DNA of 60,915 nt, taken from NCBI GenBank assembly GCA_002269645.1, contig NIVC01004093.1, forward strand, positions 1 to 60,915. The letters are read 5' to 3'. A program made the translations under genes and the position numbers. Positions 26,201-35,641 of this stretch are shown here, one piece after another (positions within the stretch are counted from its first letter, which is position 1; each line of letters begins with the position of its first letter). The DNA comes from Macrostomum lignano. Lineage: Eukaryota. Under the pieces are notes generated by a model, which saw nothing but the letters and a program-made list of their open reading frames with translations, ran no database searches and had not been told where the DNA came from.

Positions 26201-27470
26201 GCAGGACTGCAGTTCGACCAGCATTGCCAGGGGATGCAAAAACGGTGCTGAACTCTAACAGCAAATCCTTGACCGACTGTTGCTCTTCGACGGAGATAGA
26301 GCTTTCGATGTGCACGTCGTTCAGCCAGTTGGTGCGAGGTAAGTCCGTCGCTAAAGCTGTTGTTGATGTAGCCGTGCTGACCGCGACCGTCGCCGCCGTG
26401 CTGCCAGCGGCCGTCGCCGCCGTGCTGCCAGCGGCCGTCGCCGCCGTGCTGCCAGCGGCCGTCGCCGCCGTGCTGCCAGCGGCCGTCGCCGCCGTGCTGC
26501 CAGCGGCCGTCGCCGCCGTGCTGCCAGTGGCCGTCGCCGCCGTGCTGCCAGTGGCCGTCGCCGCCGTGCTGCCAGCGGCCGTCGCCGCCGTGCTGCCAGC
26601 GGCCGTCGCCGCCGTGCTGCCAGTGGCCGTCGCCGCCGTGCTGCCAGTGGCCGTCGCCGCCGTGCTGCCAGCGGCCGTCGCCGCCGTGCTGCCAGCGGCA
26701 CCCGATTGCTGAACGAATGGCTGACTTCCTAGCGGGGAAAAGATGCCAACAATGTCGCCGTCGCTGATGTTGACCGTGTGGTCGTCGACGTTGATGACTG
26801 CTAGGCCCATGCCTCTCTCGACCAGCTTGGCAACACAACGACCCACCAGGAGCCCCTGTGATCTTGTGCCGGTGACGACTCCTGGACACTCCGATCGCGT
26901 CCACGAGGCCGACTTTGCTGGTTTAACGGGGATTATCCAGCGCTCCCCTGGCTGCAGCTGCACGGAGGCCGCTGATACGAGCTTGCAGGTCTGTGCTGCC
27001 TCTTTACTTTTTCGAGCTGGAATCGACACGCCTAGGCTGTTGAAAGTGATGCAACCGGCTTGGAGATGGACCGAGACGTCGTGTTCACTGAGGAAGTCAC
27101 AGCCCAGGATGACGGACGTCGGGTGAAGCTTCTCGAGTACGACGAAACGATGATGGACTTGTACGGTTCCCAGAGTCACTGCCAAAGTAGTCTCGCCCAG
27201 CACAGACTGTAGGTTGCCATCCACGCCTCTTATGATGATGCTGCTGGGCTGCAGCCGCCGCCTAGCTTTCTTACATATGTCATCGCTGATGCAGGACACC
27301 TCTGCCCCGGTGTCGATCAGACAGTGGCGCCGTCGTCTAAGGATGCGCGCTGTGACGAAGCGCACCTGGCCAGGCTGGCAGCTGCTGAGGCGTGGTGTTG
27401 AGGCCGAATGCGTTAGTGCTGAGAGGGCCGGTGCTGGCCTCGTGAACCAGCCCCCTCGGCGTTTGGGCAA
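23235..27470 (-). CDS. pol: Gypsy Pol (protease, RT, RNase H, integrase), -1 frame relative to gag
   Basis: 1411-aa open frame with IDTGA, RFCLDYR, FIDD, TDASD, H..GH/C..C, the DDE core and GPF. Confidence 0.95.
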   Translation of the reverse strand: MPKRRGGWFTRPAPALSALTHSASTPRLSSCQPGQVRFVTARILRRRRHCLIDTGAEVSCISDDICKKARRRLQPSSIIIRGVDGNLQSVLGETTLAVTLGTVQVHHRFVVLEKLHPTSVILGCDFLSEHDVSVHLQAGCITFNSLGVSIPARKSKEAAQTCKLVSAASVQLQPGERWIIPVKPAKSASWTRSECPGVVTGTRSQGLLVGRCVAKLVERGMGLAVINVDDHTVNISDGDIVGIFSPLGSQPFVQQSGAAGSTAATAAGSTAATATGSTAATATGSTAATAAGSTAATAAGSTAATATGSTAATATGSTAATAAGSTAATAAGSTAATAAGSTAATAAGSTAATAAGSTAATVAVSTATSTTALATDLPRTNWLNDVHIESSISVEEQQSVKDLLLEFSTVFASPGNAGRTAVLQHRIDTGGARPIRQGLRRAARPVIDKQAELIDDMLTKGVIRPSSSPWASPIVLVRKKDGTARFCLDYRLLNEVTKPDAFPIPRIDDTLDALQGNAYFSALDLESGYWQVEVEERDKEKTAFICHQGLFEFNVMPFGLRNAPATFQRLMQLVLQGLTWQACLVFIDDVIVMGRTIEEHNYRLRAVFERLRDANLRLKPSKCHFANTTMIVLGHRVSKSGITVDESKTAAIRDWPTPRTSKEVKSFLGLAAYYRRFIRDYSKIAEPLRRLTVPTERFQWTSKAQEAFDQLKATLTSAPILAFPDTSATSSEFILDTDASDCAIGAVLSQLQAGEERVIAYSSRALTKAERNYCVTRRELLSVVEHVRKFRNYLLPRKFTVRVDHQSLTHLLTFKEPEGQLARWLQTLDEFDFRVLYRPGRQHNNADALSRQQQRCTNQCRVCRPTNETTSRTTSSVACQTDANSDAAAAAQINAATIKLVSTATDEAVQTDNVHVCVGTVPSRRKQIHQPRSDDSEESSSSEDDTNEDESAAPAADNRPPTLRMLQLQDPVISPVFRLLADGKTRFTDRQRDRVPPESLVLAQKVHDLCFVNGTLHRLVNTKPVPVIPRCRQREFVDEIHNVGHLGEVKTLASLKTRCYWPKMSESVRLAVRSCQVCQRAKTPVIKRAPLQSITAGFPMQRVGFDIVKVGASRNGNDRILSIVDYFSKWTELVPIPDEKATTIAKALFNNWISRWGAPHILHSDRGKSIDGRIIRSLCTLLEVDKTRTSGYHPQCDGLVERFHRTLHQMLRCHLQTVDPLDWEDALPYCLLAYRSSISATTGFSPHFLMTGREVVLPLDVVYRSPEPPSVVGQYAVETIQRLQDAFDAVRRSTGAAQRRQKRYYDLKAQKRKFRTGDLVWLFVPPAVLSRTNCLPPKHQSPWTGPFKVMRKTSPVNYLVRPINYTDGEIKGRVVHVNKLKRACLQRTQSAQRADQDASSDDEGQLVDAED
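26350..26700 (-). repeat. 24-bp coding tandem repeat within pol (AAGSTAAT)
   Basis: In-frame, between protease and RT. Confidence 0.95.
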
Positions 27471-28537
27471 TTGCGTCGGATGTGGCCCGGCTGACCGCAG
27501 CCGAAACAGTTGGAACTAGCCGGTGATTGCTGTCGTTGCTGTCCTCGACCGCCAGATGAGGCAGGCTGCTGAGGCATTAGTGGTTTCGGTGGCGCTGAAA
27601 GTTGGCTCTGTGGTGGTCTCGGTTGCTGGGGCTGGATTTCGCCACGGCAAGCATCCATGTAGGCCCGGGTTTCTCGAAGCTGCTGGGCTATTCGTAGAAC
27701 CTGCTCCACAGTGCTTGGTGGTGTTGGTTGATTCAGTAGTCGCTCGGTGACGTAGCCGTCATTGAGACCATGCATGAACTGCTCGCTAACTGTCTGTTGG
27801 ACGTAAGCCTGAGCTCTTGGGTCCGGGTATGCCCTTGCAGCTAGCCGTTGAAGCTCCGTCAGGTACGTTTCGAAGCTCTCCTCTGGTCGACGCTGCCGAG
27901 CACGGAACTCGCGGCGAAGTAACGCTGCACTCTTGGCCCCGCCGTGACGAGACCGGAGGTGTTCAACGAGGCCCTCATAGCGGACACCAGGTAGCTGGTC
28001 CAGGGTTGTCCCCGGTGGCAGTCCGACGTAGGCACACTGGATCGCCAGCCAGGTGGTGTACGTTGCAAAAGCCGGTCCGAGGAACGCAGTCAGGGTGTTG
28101 ATCTTGTCGGCGTCTCGAAGGCCTGGGAACCGGCTAATATAGGCGCTGATCCTGATGAGAAAGTCGTCGAAATCCTCCCGACCGTTGTACGGTGCAGGCT
28201 TAGGTACTGGCGGAAGAGCCGGTACTGGATTGTAGTCTGGCAGCGCTGCGTATCCGTGAGCTGGAGGATAGGCGTACTGCTGCATTGCTGAGGCCTGCCC
28301 TGACGCTTGGTCGATGTCTTCAAGGAACGGGTTGGTTGAGACTTCCGCCGAGTGTGCCCTCTGAAGGTCGTTGGCAACGAGGAAGGGATTTGTGGCTTCG
28401 CTGACTGTGGTCATCGACACGAAGGGGTTGGACGCGTTCGTAGACTCTGTAGAAACGGAAGCTGCCTCGTCGCCTGCGTTGCGCCGTCGTCCGACGAGAC
28501 GTCCACGTAGTTCCAGGTAGTCGTCGTTATTCCACAT
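27413..28537 (-). CDS. gag: Gypsy Gag
   Basis: First ATG at 28537. Capsid-like F..RI.AY/RQRRPEESFETY segment and CCHC knuckle CFGCGQPGHIRRNC. Confidence 0.9.
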   Translation of the reverse strand: MWNNDDYLELRGRLVGRRRNAGDEAASVSTESTNASNPFVSMTTVSEATNPFLVANDLQRAHSAEVSTNPFLEDIDQASGQASAMQQYAYPPAHGYAALPDYNPVPALPPVPKPAPYNGREDFDDFLIRISAYISRFPGLRDADKINTLTAFLGPAFATYTTWLAIQCAYVGLPPGTTLDQLPGVRYEGLVEHLRSRHGGAKSAALLRREFRARQRRPEESFETYLTELQRLAARAYPDPRAQAYVQQTVSEQFMHGLNDGYVTERLLNQPTPPSTVEQVLRIAQQLRETRAYMDACRGEIQPQQPRPPQSQLSAPPKPLMPQQPASSGGRGQQRQQSPASSNCFGCGQPGHIRRNCPNAEGAGSRGQHRPSQH

Positions 28538-28561
28538 GTGGAAAACTGGCGTGGTCGCCAA

Positions 28562-28898
28562 TGTAGCCGCGTATTCTTGAGTTTGAACTGCCGGGACTTC
28601 TTTAGTCAGAGAAAAACTTGATTTATTTGCGTTCCAGCTTGCTTGATTAAATAGACTGACCGCGATGGGGGAGGGCAGGGTGAAAAACGCAGCTTAGAAA
28701 ATCCTAACCAATCGGATTTCGCCGATAGGGTAGGCACTAAGCACTCTATTGGTTGGGGCTCGTTATTCACGCGTTTTCAGCCAATCAGAAACAAAAAGAA
28801 ATTTCTAGAAAAGGCTATACGCAGGGGTGGGGTGACGCAGAAAGAAATACGGAGAAAACACTAGAAGTGCACGCGCACGCAAATTGAGCACTATTACA
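28562..28898 (-). repeat. 5' LTR (337 bp)
   Basis: Direct repeat of 22642-22978, followed on the minus strand by the PBS. Confidence 0.95.
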
Positions 28899-29989
28899 CT
28901 GGCATAAAACGCATTTCTACGAAACCACGCAAGCGCATGAATTAAAAATATGTGAAATGTAAAATACTGCCAGATTTCTCTAATCTTTTTTCTGTGCATG
29001 ATCACTAAAATAAGTAAAAAATGCTGTCAAAATTTAAAAACTTCTGTTTTTAAACTTTGCCTTTTCCGTGTAATCTAAAATTACCTGGTGTTGGCCATTG
29101 GGGACAATGGTAGAGAGTAGAGAGTCGAGACTTGTCAGTGTCGGGCAAATATTATAAAATGCAGAGGCAGAGCCAATGCGATGTAATAAACTAATCAAAT
29201 TGTGACCAACCTTTTGTATTAGATTAATTTGAAATTTAAACTAAATTCTCACTTTCATCTGTACTTTTTAGCAGGTTAGGCTAGTAGTAGTAGGTCATGT
29301 AGGTCGTGTAGGCCTAGCTTTGTGTCTCTGTAAGATTTTGAAGAAAATGATAAGCTAGGCTGTGGTTTTTTTAGGTTTACAATATGAGATCTGGTAGAAA
29401 GAAATCTTAAAAAAAGATTGTGTCTTTAGTCCACATTTATTTATAATTATAGTATTGTCAGTTTAATAGGCCTATAGCATATTACTGGAAAATTCTAGAA
29501 GCTTCAATTATTACAAATTTTATTGGGTTCAATGATTACACGTAATGTTACCATATATGAATGCAGTAGGCCTATTCACTTTTACTATACTACTGCAAAT
29601 TATTTGTTAAGGCTATAGAATTGACATTAAAATTAATTATGTTCTAGAAATTTCTAAAATAATTTTTTAGCATTACACTAAAAAATATTTTTCCTCAAGT
29701 TTCTAAAAATATCTAATATATATATACTTTCTAAATATGCATTGCACTATGTCTATACCTTTGTTGCCCCTAGTAAACATTTTTATATGCTTAACTATCT
29801 ATTTTAACTGAGGCCTATTCTAATATTACAAAGCAGGCATACAATACATAAACAAGCAGTAAAAGTTATTTATGGAAAAACAATTTAAAAAGCACATTTT
29901 CCTTAGAATAAATTCTTTCTTTAGTTTTAAAAATCACTATATTCAAGTACATACATGCCTAATACCTGTCTAACCTATTTTAGTATTTA

Positions 29990-32497
29990 AACTGAATGAG
30001 TAAAATGCGTCTGCGTTTCAGCATCTATCATCTTTGCCTTGCTGTTTGCTTTGCCCTCCTGCCTCTTAATCTTGCTGTCTACCTCACCCTCCTACCTCTT
30101 GGTCTTGCTGTCTGCCTTGCCCTCCTGTCTCTTGGTCTTGCTGTCTGCCTCGCCCTCCTGCCTCTCGGTCTTGCTGTCTATCTCACTTTCGAAGACTGGT
30201 TCCAGCTTGCCGTCCTCGCCAACGCATAGCGTACCCTCATTCAGCAACTGCACTAAAGTTGTCACAACTTGCATGAGGTATTCCTCTTGCATTTGTTGAC
30301 TCCTAGAACAATGTTCTGAAGTAGCACACTATGTTCTGGTACAGACAACATTGGATGATCCTCCGGCTTCGCTTTGATAAAAGCAAAGTTGTCTTTCAAT
30401 CTGTAGCATCCAGTGTAGCCCATAAGACCTCTTGCAATTTTGTTATGCTTTAAAACTGACAGCATGTAGAGGGTAATAAGGCACTTGATTAGGCTGAATT
30501 TCCGCTCTGAATTGTAGAGTCGCTTCAGTACATCATTCATTGACTCTGACTGATTCTGCGTGATGCCTGACGTTTCAGAGTATAGGTCTCCTATAAGCCA
30601 GCGGCTAGCAAATCGCCATATAGTAGGCTCTAAAGTGTCGGTGAAGTGGGCCTAGAAGTCCCCATGCCAGTTGGGCCGCCTCAGTTCCAGCTGAGTTTCA
30701 AATTCTTCCTCTGAAATGCATTTTAGAAGGGCTTTGACATTGGCCTTGATGCAGCTGTCAACATTTCTGTTCTTGCTTAGCCATGTTGAGATGTTATTCA
30801 GCAGATGATTCCAGCACCCGAGAATTCGCACTTTTGGCAACACTGTAGCCAGTCCGTTGCACAATGCAATTTCTCTGTCCAGCACACAGACAGTTGAAAC
30901 CAACTTCAATGCTGGTAGATATTCACCAGCCACCTCCCAGAAAATTTGGTGAACATTGCTGATCTTTTGGCCATGCACTAGGAATATCGGAGCGCAGATC
31001 AGCTGGCTCTCAAATATGGCAAGGCGAACAACAAGCGTTGACACCAGTATGCCTTTCACAGAAAATCTGGTATCATAAGATAGCATTAAACCTTCAGGCT
31101 GGTACTCTATGATGCTATTCACAAGATTAAGCAGATCTCGTTGACCAACAACAATGCCTATACCTGGCAATGCAGTGAAATGCAGAATAAACTCTGGTAT
31201 TTTATTGCACAGTGCTGCCACTAATAGGATTTGGTCATGCAGCCAACAATGGGCCGTTTCATACTCCCTAGCATTTGAGGCCTGCTTGGGATTGCAAGGC
31301 ATATAGTCTGGGTTGCCATCCTTCGAGCACCTGGCCATCAGGTGATTATAAATGGCTGTTGGCACCTGATCCTTCATTGCCTTCATTGGGTACAGCACTG
31401 ACGGCATTGTTCAGACATATGGCTTAGCTCCATCCTCACTAAGTTGCCATGCATGAGAGGCTTCACCTGTAGCTGACGCATCACCAAAGTATTCCACCAA
31501 AGTGTACCTGTATGGGATGTTTACATTGTGAGAAATTATTCAGCGACTATCTGGTAAGCACTGGCAACCATAGATAATAAATCTATCTATTCTTTATCTG
31601 TGCTGGCAACCAAACTGTCTCAGTACAATCAGTTATCAAAAACTGAATAAAAGCAGAAAATAGCCCAACACAAGTCAACAGCTGCTTACTTTTCATCAAT
31701 GCTACCATCAGGCCTGATCAAATGGTAGCCATTCCTCCAGAAGTTGACATTCTGCTCCAGCATGTCAATAAATTGAAACTTAAATTTTCTAACCAGCTTC
31801 ACATGTGCTGTCCTGAAAAGAATTTTTGACGCATTAGTTGCATTTGGTTGAGCTTTGTGCTAAATTTAGATATGGTGCATTTAATTTATAAAATTGCTCG
31901 CTTTAAAATTCTTTAATAGATAGCATTAAAAACCTTGTAAATAGTACAAATTTTTTCCCTTGATAAACACACACACCATGCATGTCAATAGATAGTTCCA
32001 CAAAACTTTACTATTGTACATAGCACAGTTTTATTTAATATTGTACTATGCAAGCTTATATTTCCCTATTTATTATTTTTATTTTATCTTATATGGCCAA
32101 GGAATCAGAGATAAATTATTGTAGACGGCACAATTATTCTAAAATTAAAAGTATTCTTGAGTATGGTTTGCATTTGCATTGTAGGGGCAAAATCTATGCC
32201 ATATGCAAGTAATTCAATCACTGCTTACCTTGGCAGCTTGTCACCACCTGCGCATGTCCATTGATATTCATCCACATGCCAGTCCCTCTTCTTATCCATG
32301 GATTCTGCCTCGTAAATGTAAACTAATCCACCCTCAATTGGCATTCTCTTAGGCCTATTTAAAACCTCCACCTCGCATTCACCCTGCGCTTTTCAGGCAA
32401 GAATGTCATGCGCTTGCTGTGCAGAGAGGCCCAGTATTCTAGCCAGTGTTCCACTTGATCTTTTTGTTGTCTGGGATTCATTTCCATTTTGTTCCAT
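29990..32497 (-). pseudogene. Mutator-like (MULE) transposase pseudogene with two introns
   Basis: Exons 32497-32229, 31812-31690 and 31507-~30000 join in phase 2. Motifs: SYDTRF, VLDRE, CWNH, NQSESMN. In-frame stops at 32395, 31413 and 30654. TIRs not identified. Confidence 0.8.
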
Positions 32498-33066
32498 ACT
32501 TCTTAAAGCGAAGTGTAAAAATTTAACAGAAAAATAAATAAAATAAAAAACTAGACCATTCAAATTGAAAAATCTGAACTACTTGCACAAACTAACAGAG
32601 TCTACAGCTGAATTAAATGCAGAAACTAACAATTTTAAGTCGCAATTGTAATGGAAAATAGCTGGCCTAGATTGCCAGTCAAGACTCAATAGCTAGAAGA
32701 CCACAAAGACAGCACAAAACCTGACTAATAGTCATGTGCTCGCACCATATTGAATATTTTATTACCTCAATGTTCATTAGCATTTAAAGACAAATTTCCT
32801 CAGAAATAAATTATAAATATTTCAAAAATACTTTCCGTGTCCAAAACCAGTCTATCCAGTCTACTGTAACTTACACAGTGTAGAAGGAACCATATTTGTT
32901 TAAACGCGCAAACATTCAAAAAAAATCTAGGCTGGATGCAGGCTGACTCCGACCTGGCTTAAAATAAGGGACTCTCCATCTAAAATATGGAAGTGTCACT
33001 CGTCGAACAAATAGTAAGAAAATAAACGTCAACACAAACATAAAAAGTAAACTTTGTTTAATTCTA

Positions 33067-33104
33067 GCCAACGCGTTTCGTCAAACACTAGACATCGTCA
33101 GGGC
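33067..33104 (-). ncRNA. Minimal type I hammerhead ribozyme (Penelope-like element type)
   Basis: Minus strand reads GCC-CUGACGA-U-GUC(uaguguuu)GAC-GAAA-C-GC-GU-U-GGC. This gives both core boxes, 3-bp stems I and II, and a palindromic ACGCGU stem III. Confidence 0.7.
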
Positions 33105-33322
33105 AAATTCACTCAACCTAAGATCATACCACCAATATATTTAAGCAAAAATCACTGTACAATCCAGAGGCGGGTCAAATCAGTCCGGTAGAATTTTTCA
33201 AGTTACTAGACGTCGTCAGGGCAAATTCACTTAACCTAAGATCATACCACCAATATATTTAAGCAAAAATCACTGTACAATCCAGAGGCGGGTCAAATCA
33301 GTCCGGTAGAATTTTTCAAGTT
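33087..33322. repeat. 118-bp tandem duplication (Penelope pseudo-LTR-like)
   Basis: 33087-33204 and 33205-33322 are near identical; the second copy carries only half of the ribozyme. Confidence 0.85.
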
Positions 33323-33483
33323 ACAAGAAACAGTTGATCTTTCTACTCTACTCTACAACATCTGGCAAAAAGTCTCCAGATACAGCTATGTTGCATTTTT
33401 ATGAAAAAAGTCACACTGGCCACTAAACTAACACTGGTGTCCGAGTGCATTTAAGGCTGTAACCTGCCTTATCCAACACATTC

Positions 33484-34734
33484 ATGGAGGGTCCAACAAA
33501 GTCTTCAATCTGCTTTATTTGCACATCAACAGTCGGGCGCTACACATGTCCCAAATGCGGCATAGCCTACTGTTCAGTAGCCTGCTACAGACACGAACGA
33601 CACTCGGCCTGTTCAGAAGCTTTCTATCGCGACTGCTGCTTGGAGTCGCTTCGCGGTGAAACTGTCGGCACCAGCGAGCGTCGGGCTATGGCCGAAGTTC
33701 TTCGACGTCGCCTAGCTCAGGAAGCTGAGGAGAAGCTTATGGTTGATGACGTCATCGAAGACGAGGAGGACGATCTCGCTAGCCGACTCGCTGGCGTCGA
33801 TCTGGACGCCGTCGATATCGACGCCGACGCTCTGTGGCGCCAATTGACGCCTAGCGAACGGCGTCGTTTTGTGCGCAGCCTGGAGACCGGCGAGTGCGCC
33901 GACTGTCTGCCGGAGGTGACACCCTGGTGGCAGGGCCCGGTGCGCGATGCCGAGAAGGAACCGCCGACGCTCTCTGCTCCCGATGCCGCACTGGTAGCAA
34001 GCCTTCGGCCAGACCCAGCTAGTACTACTAGAAGGTTGCCTCCGCCTAGTCCGCTGATGCCTCTAGTGTTGTTAGAGGCTCTGCTAACCTATGCGTACTC
34101 TATGAGGCTCTCCAACTGCGACTTGACCGACTGTCCCGATCAGCTGATCACCTGCTGCCAGCTGCTGTGGCCCTGCGCTCCCGGCTCTAAATCCTCCGCA
34201 CACGCATCCACCCCAACCTCCTCCGCCCACGCACCCACCCCAACCTCCTCCGCCCACGCACCCACCCCAACCTCCTCCGCCCACGCACCCACCCCAACCT
34301 CCTCCGCCCACGCACTCACCCCAAACTCCGCACCAGCCGCTATCGCTCAATGCCCTTCAAACGCTCCTTTGCCAAATTTGGATCTTACTGTTGCCAGATT
34401 CCTGCATCGTCTCCAGTCGAATCCTAGCCAGTTGTGCTATTCGAATTCCCTGTTCTTGGCCTGCCTGCACGATGCCATCCGCCTGCTGGGTCAAGATCGA
34501 TCGCTTCGGTATCCGGAGCGCGCTCTGGCAGATTTGCACTCAGCTCTACAGGTGTTAGCTAATAAAACTCGATACGCTAGGTTGGCTACTAAGCGCCTGG
34601 AGTATCTCTGCGCTTGGCTACTAGCTGAAGAATCTAGCAGATATCAGCAATGCTGTCAGCTTGTGCCGTTGCTAGAGTTGGCTGTGTGCCAGTACGCTAC
34701 TGAATTGATGTCGGAGAAAAATACCATTGACTAG
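33484..34734 (+). CDS. ZNHIT2: Zinc finger HIT domain protein 2, intronless
   Basis: N-terminal zf-HIT CFIC..RYTCPKCGIAYCSVACYRH..H..CSEAFY, plus LWRQLTPSERRRF and PWW motifs. Contains an internal 27-nt repeat (SSAHAPTPT). Confidence 0.85.
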   Translation: MEGPTKSSICFICTSTVGRYTCPKCGIAYCSVACYRHERHSACSEAFYRDCCLESLRGETVGTSERRAMAEVLRRRLAQEAEEKLMVDDVIEDEEDDLASRLAGVDLDAVDIDADALWRQLTPSERRRFVRSLETGECADCLPEVTPWWQGPVRDAEKEPPTLSAPDAALVASLRPDPASTTRRLPPPSPLMPLVLLEALLTYAYSMRLSNCDLTDCPDQLITCCQLLWPCAPGSKSSAHASTPTSSAHAPTPTSSAHAPTPTSSAHAPTPTSSAHALTPNSAPAAIAQCPSNAPLPNLDLTVARFLHRLQSNPSQLCYSNSLFLACLHDAIRLLGQDRSLRYPERALADLHSALQVLANKTRYARLATKRLEYLCAWLLAEESSRYQQCCQLVPLLELAVCQYATELMSEKNTID

Positions 34735-34884
34735 GTGTTTGACTTCAGCTTTGGCTATTTAATGAAATACAGTCATATTCAGCGTGTTGCGATTTTGTAC
34801 TGGCTACTATTTTTTTCAATTTGGAATTAGTTAGTGTAGTTTTTTATTTGTCTTTTATTTTTCCTTGTATGTCCTCCTACCATA

Positions 34885-35520
34885 TTTACAGATCCTTTGG
34901 GTAAGTTTTAAACCTTCATAGATCCTTAAGGTAGCTTTTAGACCCTACCAGATCCTTAAAGTACGTTCTAGACCCTACCGGATCCTTAAAGTACGTTTTA
35001 GATCCTACTGGATCCTTAAAGTACGTTTTAGACCTACCGGATCCTTAAAGTACGTTTTAGACCCTACCGGATCCTTAAAGTACGTTTAGACCTACCGGAT
35101 CCCTAAAGTACGTTTTAGACCCTACCGGATCCTTAAGTACGTTCTAGATCCTACCGGATCCTTAAAGTACGTTTTAGACCTACCGGATCCTTAAAGTACG
35201 TTTTAGACCTACCGGATCCTTAAAGTAGCTTTTAGACCCTATCGGATCCTTAAAGTAGCTTTTAGACCCTACCGGGTCCTTAAAGTACATTTTAGACCCT
35301 CTCAGATGCATAAAGTAACTTTTAAACGCTTCCATATCATTAAACTAGGTTTTAAATCCTCCCAGATCCTTAAAGTAGGTTTTTAACCCTTCCACATCCT
35401 TCAAGCAGGTTTTAAGCCCTCCCAGATCCGTAGGGGGATATTTTAAGCCCTCCCAGCTCCCTAGTGTAGGTTTTAAACCGTCTCCAGATCCCTAGGGCAG
35501 GTTTTAAACCCTCCAAATTC
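34885..35520. repeat. 29-30-bp minisatellite between ZNHIT2 and ZIP11
   Basis: GATCCTTAAAGTACGTTTTAGACCCTACCG units. Confidence 0.9.
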
Positions 35521-35641
35521 GTCAGATATAGATAGATTCCCAATCATCCCTATAGCTTGGTCCTCAACCCTCATGATCATAGATTCAGTTTAATCAATAA
35601 ATCAATCAACAACGTCATAAATGGCCAATTGAAAACTCCCT

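Larger units (their letters stand above)
22642..28898 (-). mobile_element. Full-length Ty3/Gypsy LTR retrotransposon
   Basis: Two TG...CA LTRs (22642-22978 and 28562-28898) and a CTGG TSD (22638-22641 and 28899-28902). PBS TGGCGACCACG follows the 5' LTR and PPT GAAAGGGGAG precedes the 3' LTR. Domain order is gag, then PR-RT-RH-IN. Confidence 0.97.

Noticed and set aside
23432-28377. Antisense and alternate-frame ORFs over gag-pol
   Set aside because: By-products of GC-rich coding sequence with no recognisable motifs.
29100-33360. TIRs for the MULE element (TAGAG-rich patches at ~29110 and ~33345)
   Set aside because: Similarity too short and low-complexity, and no TSD.
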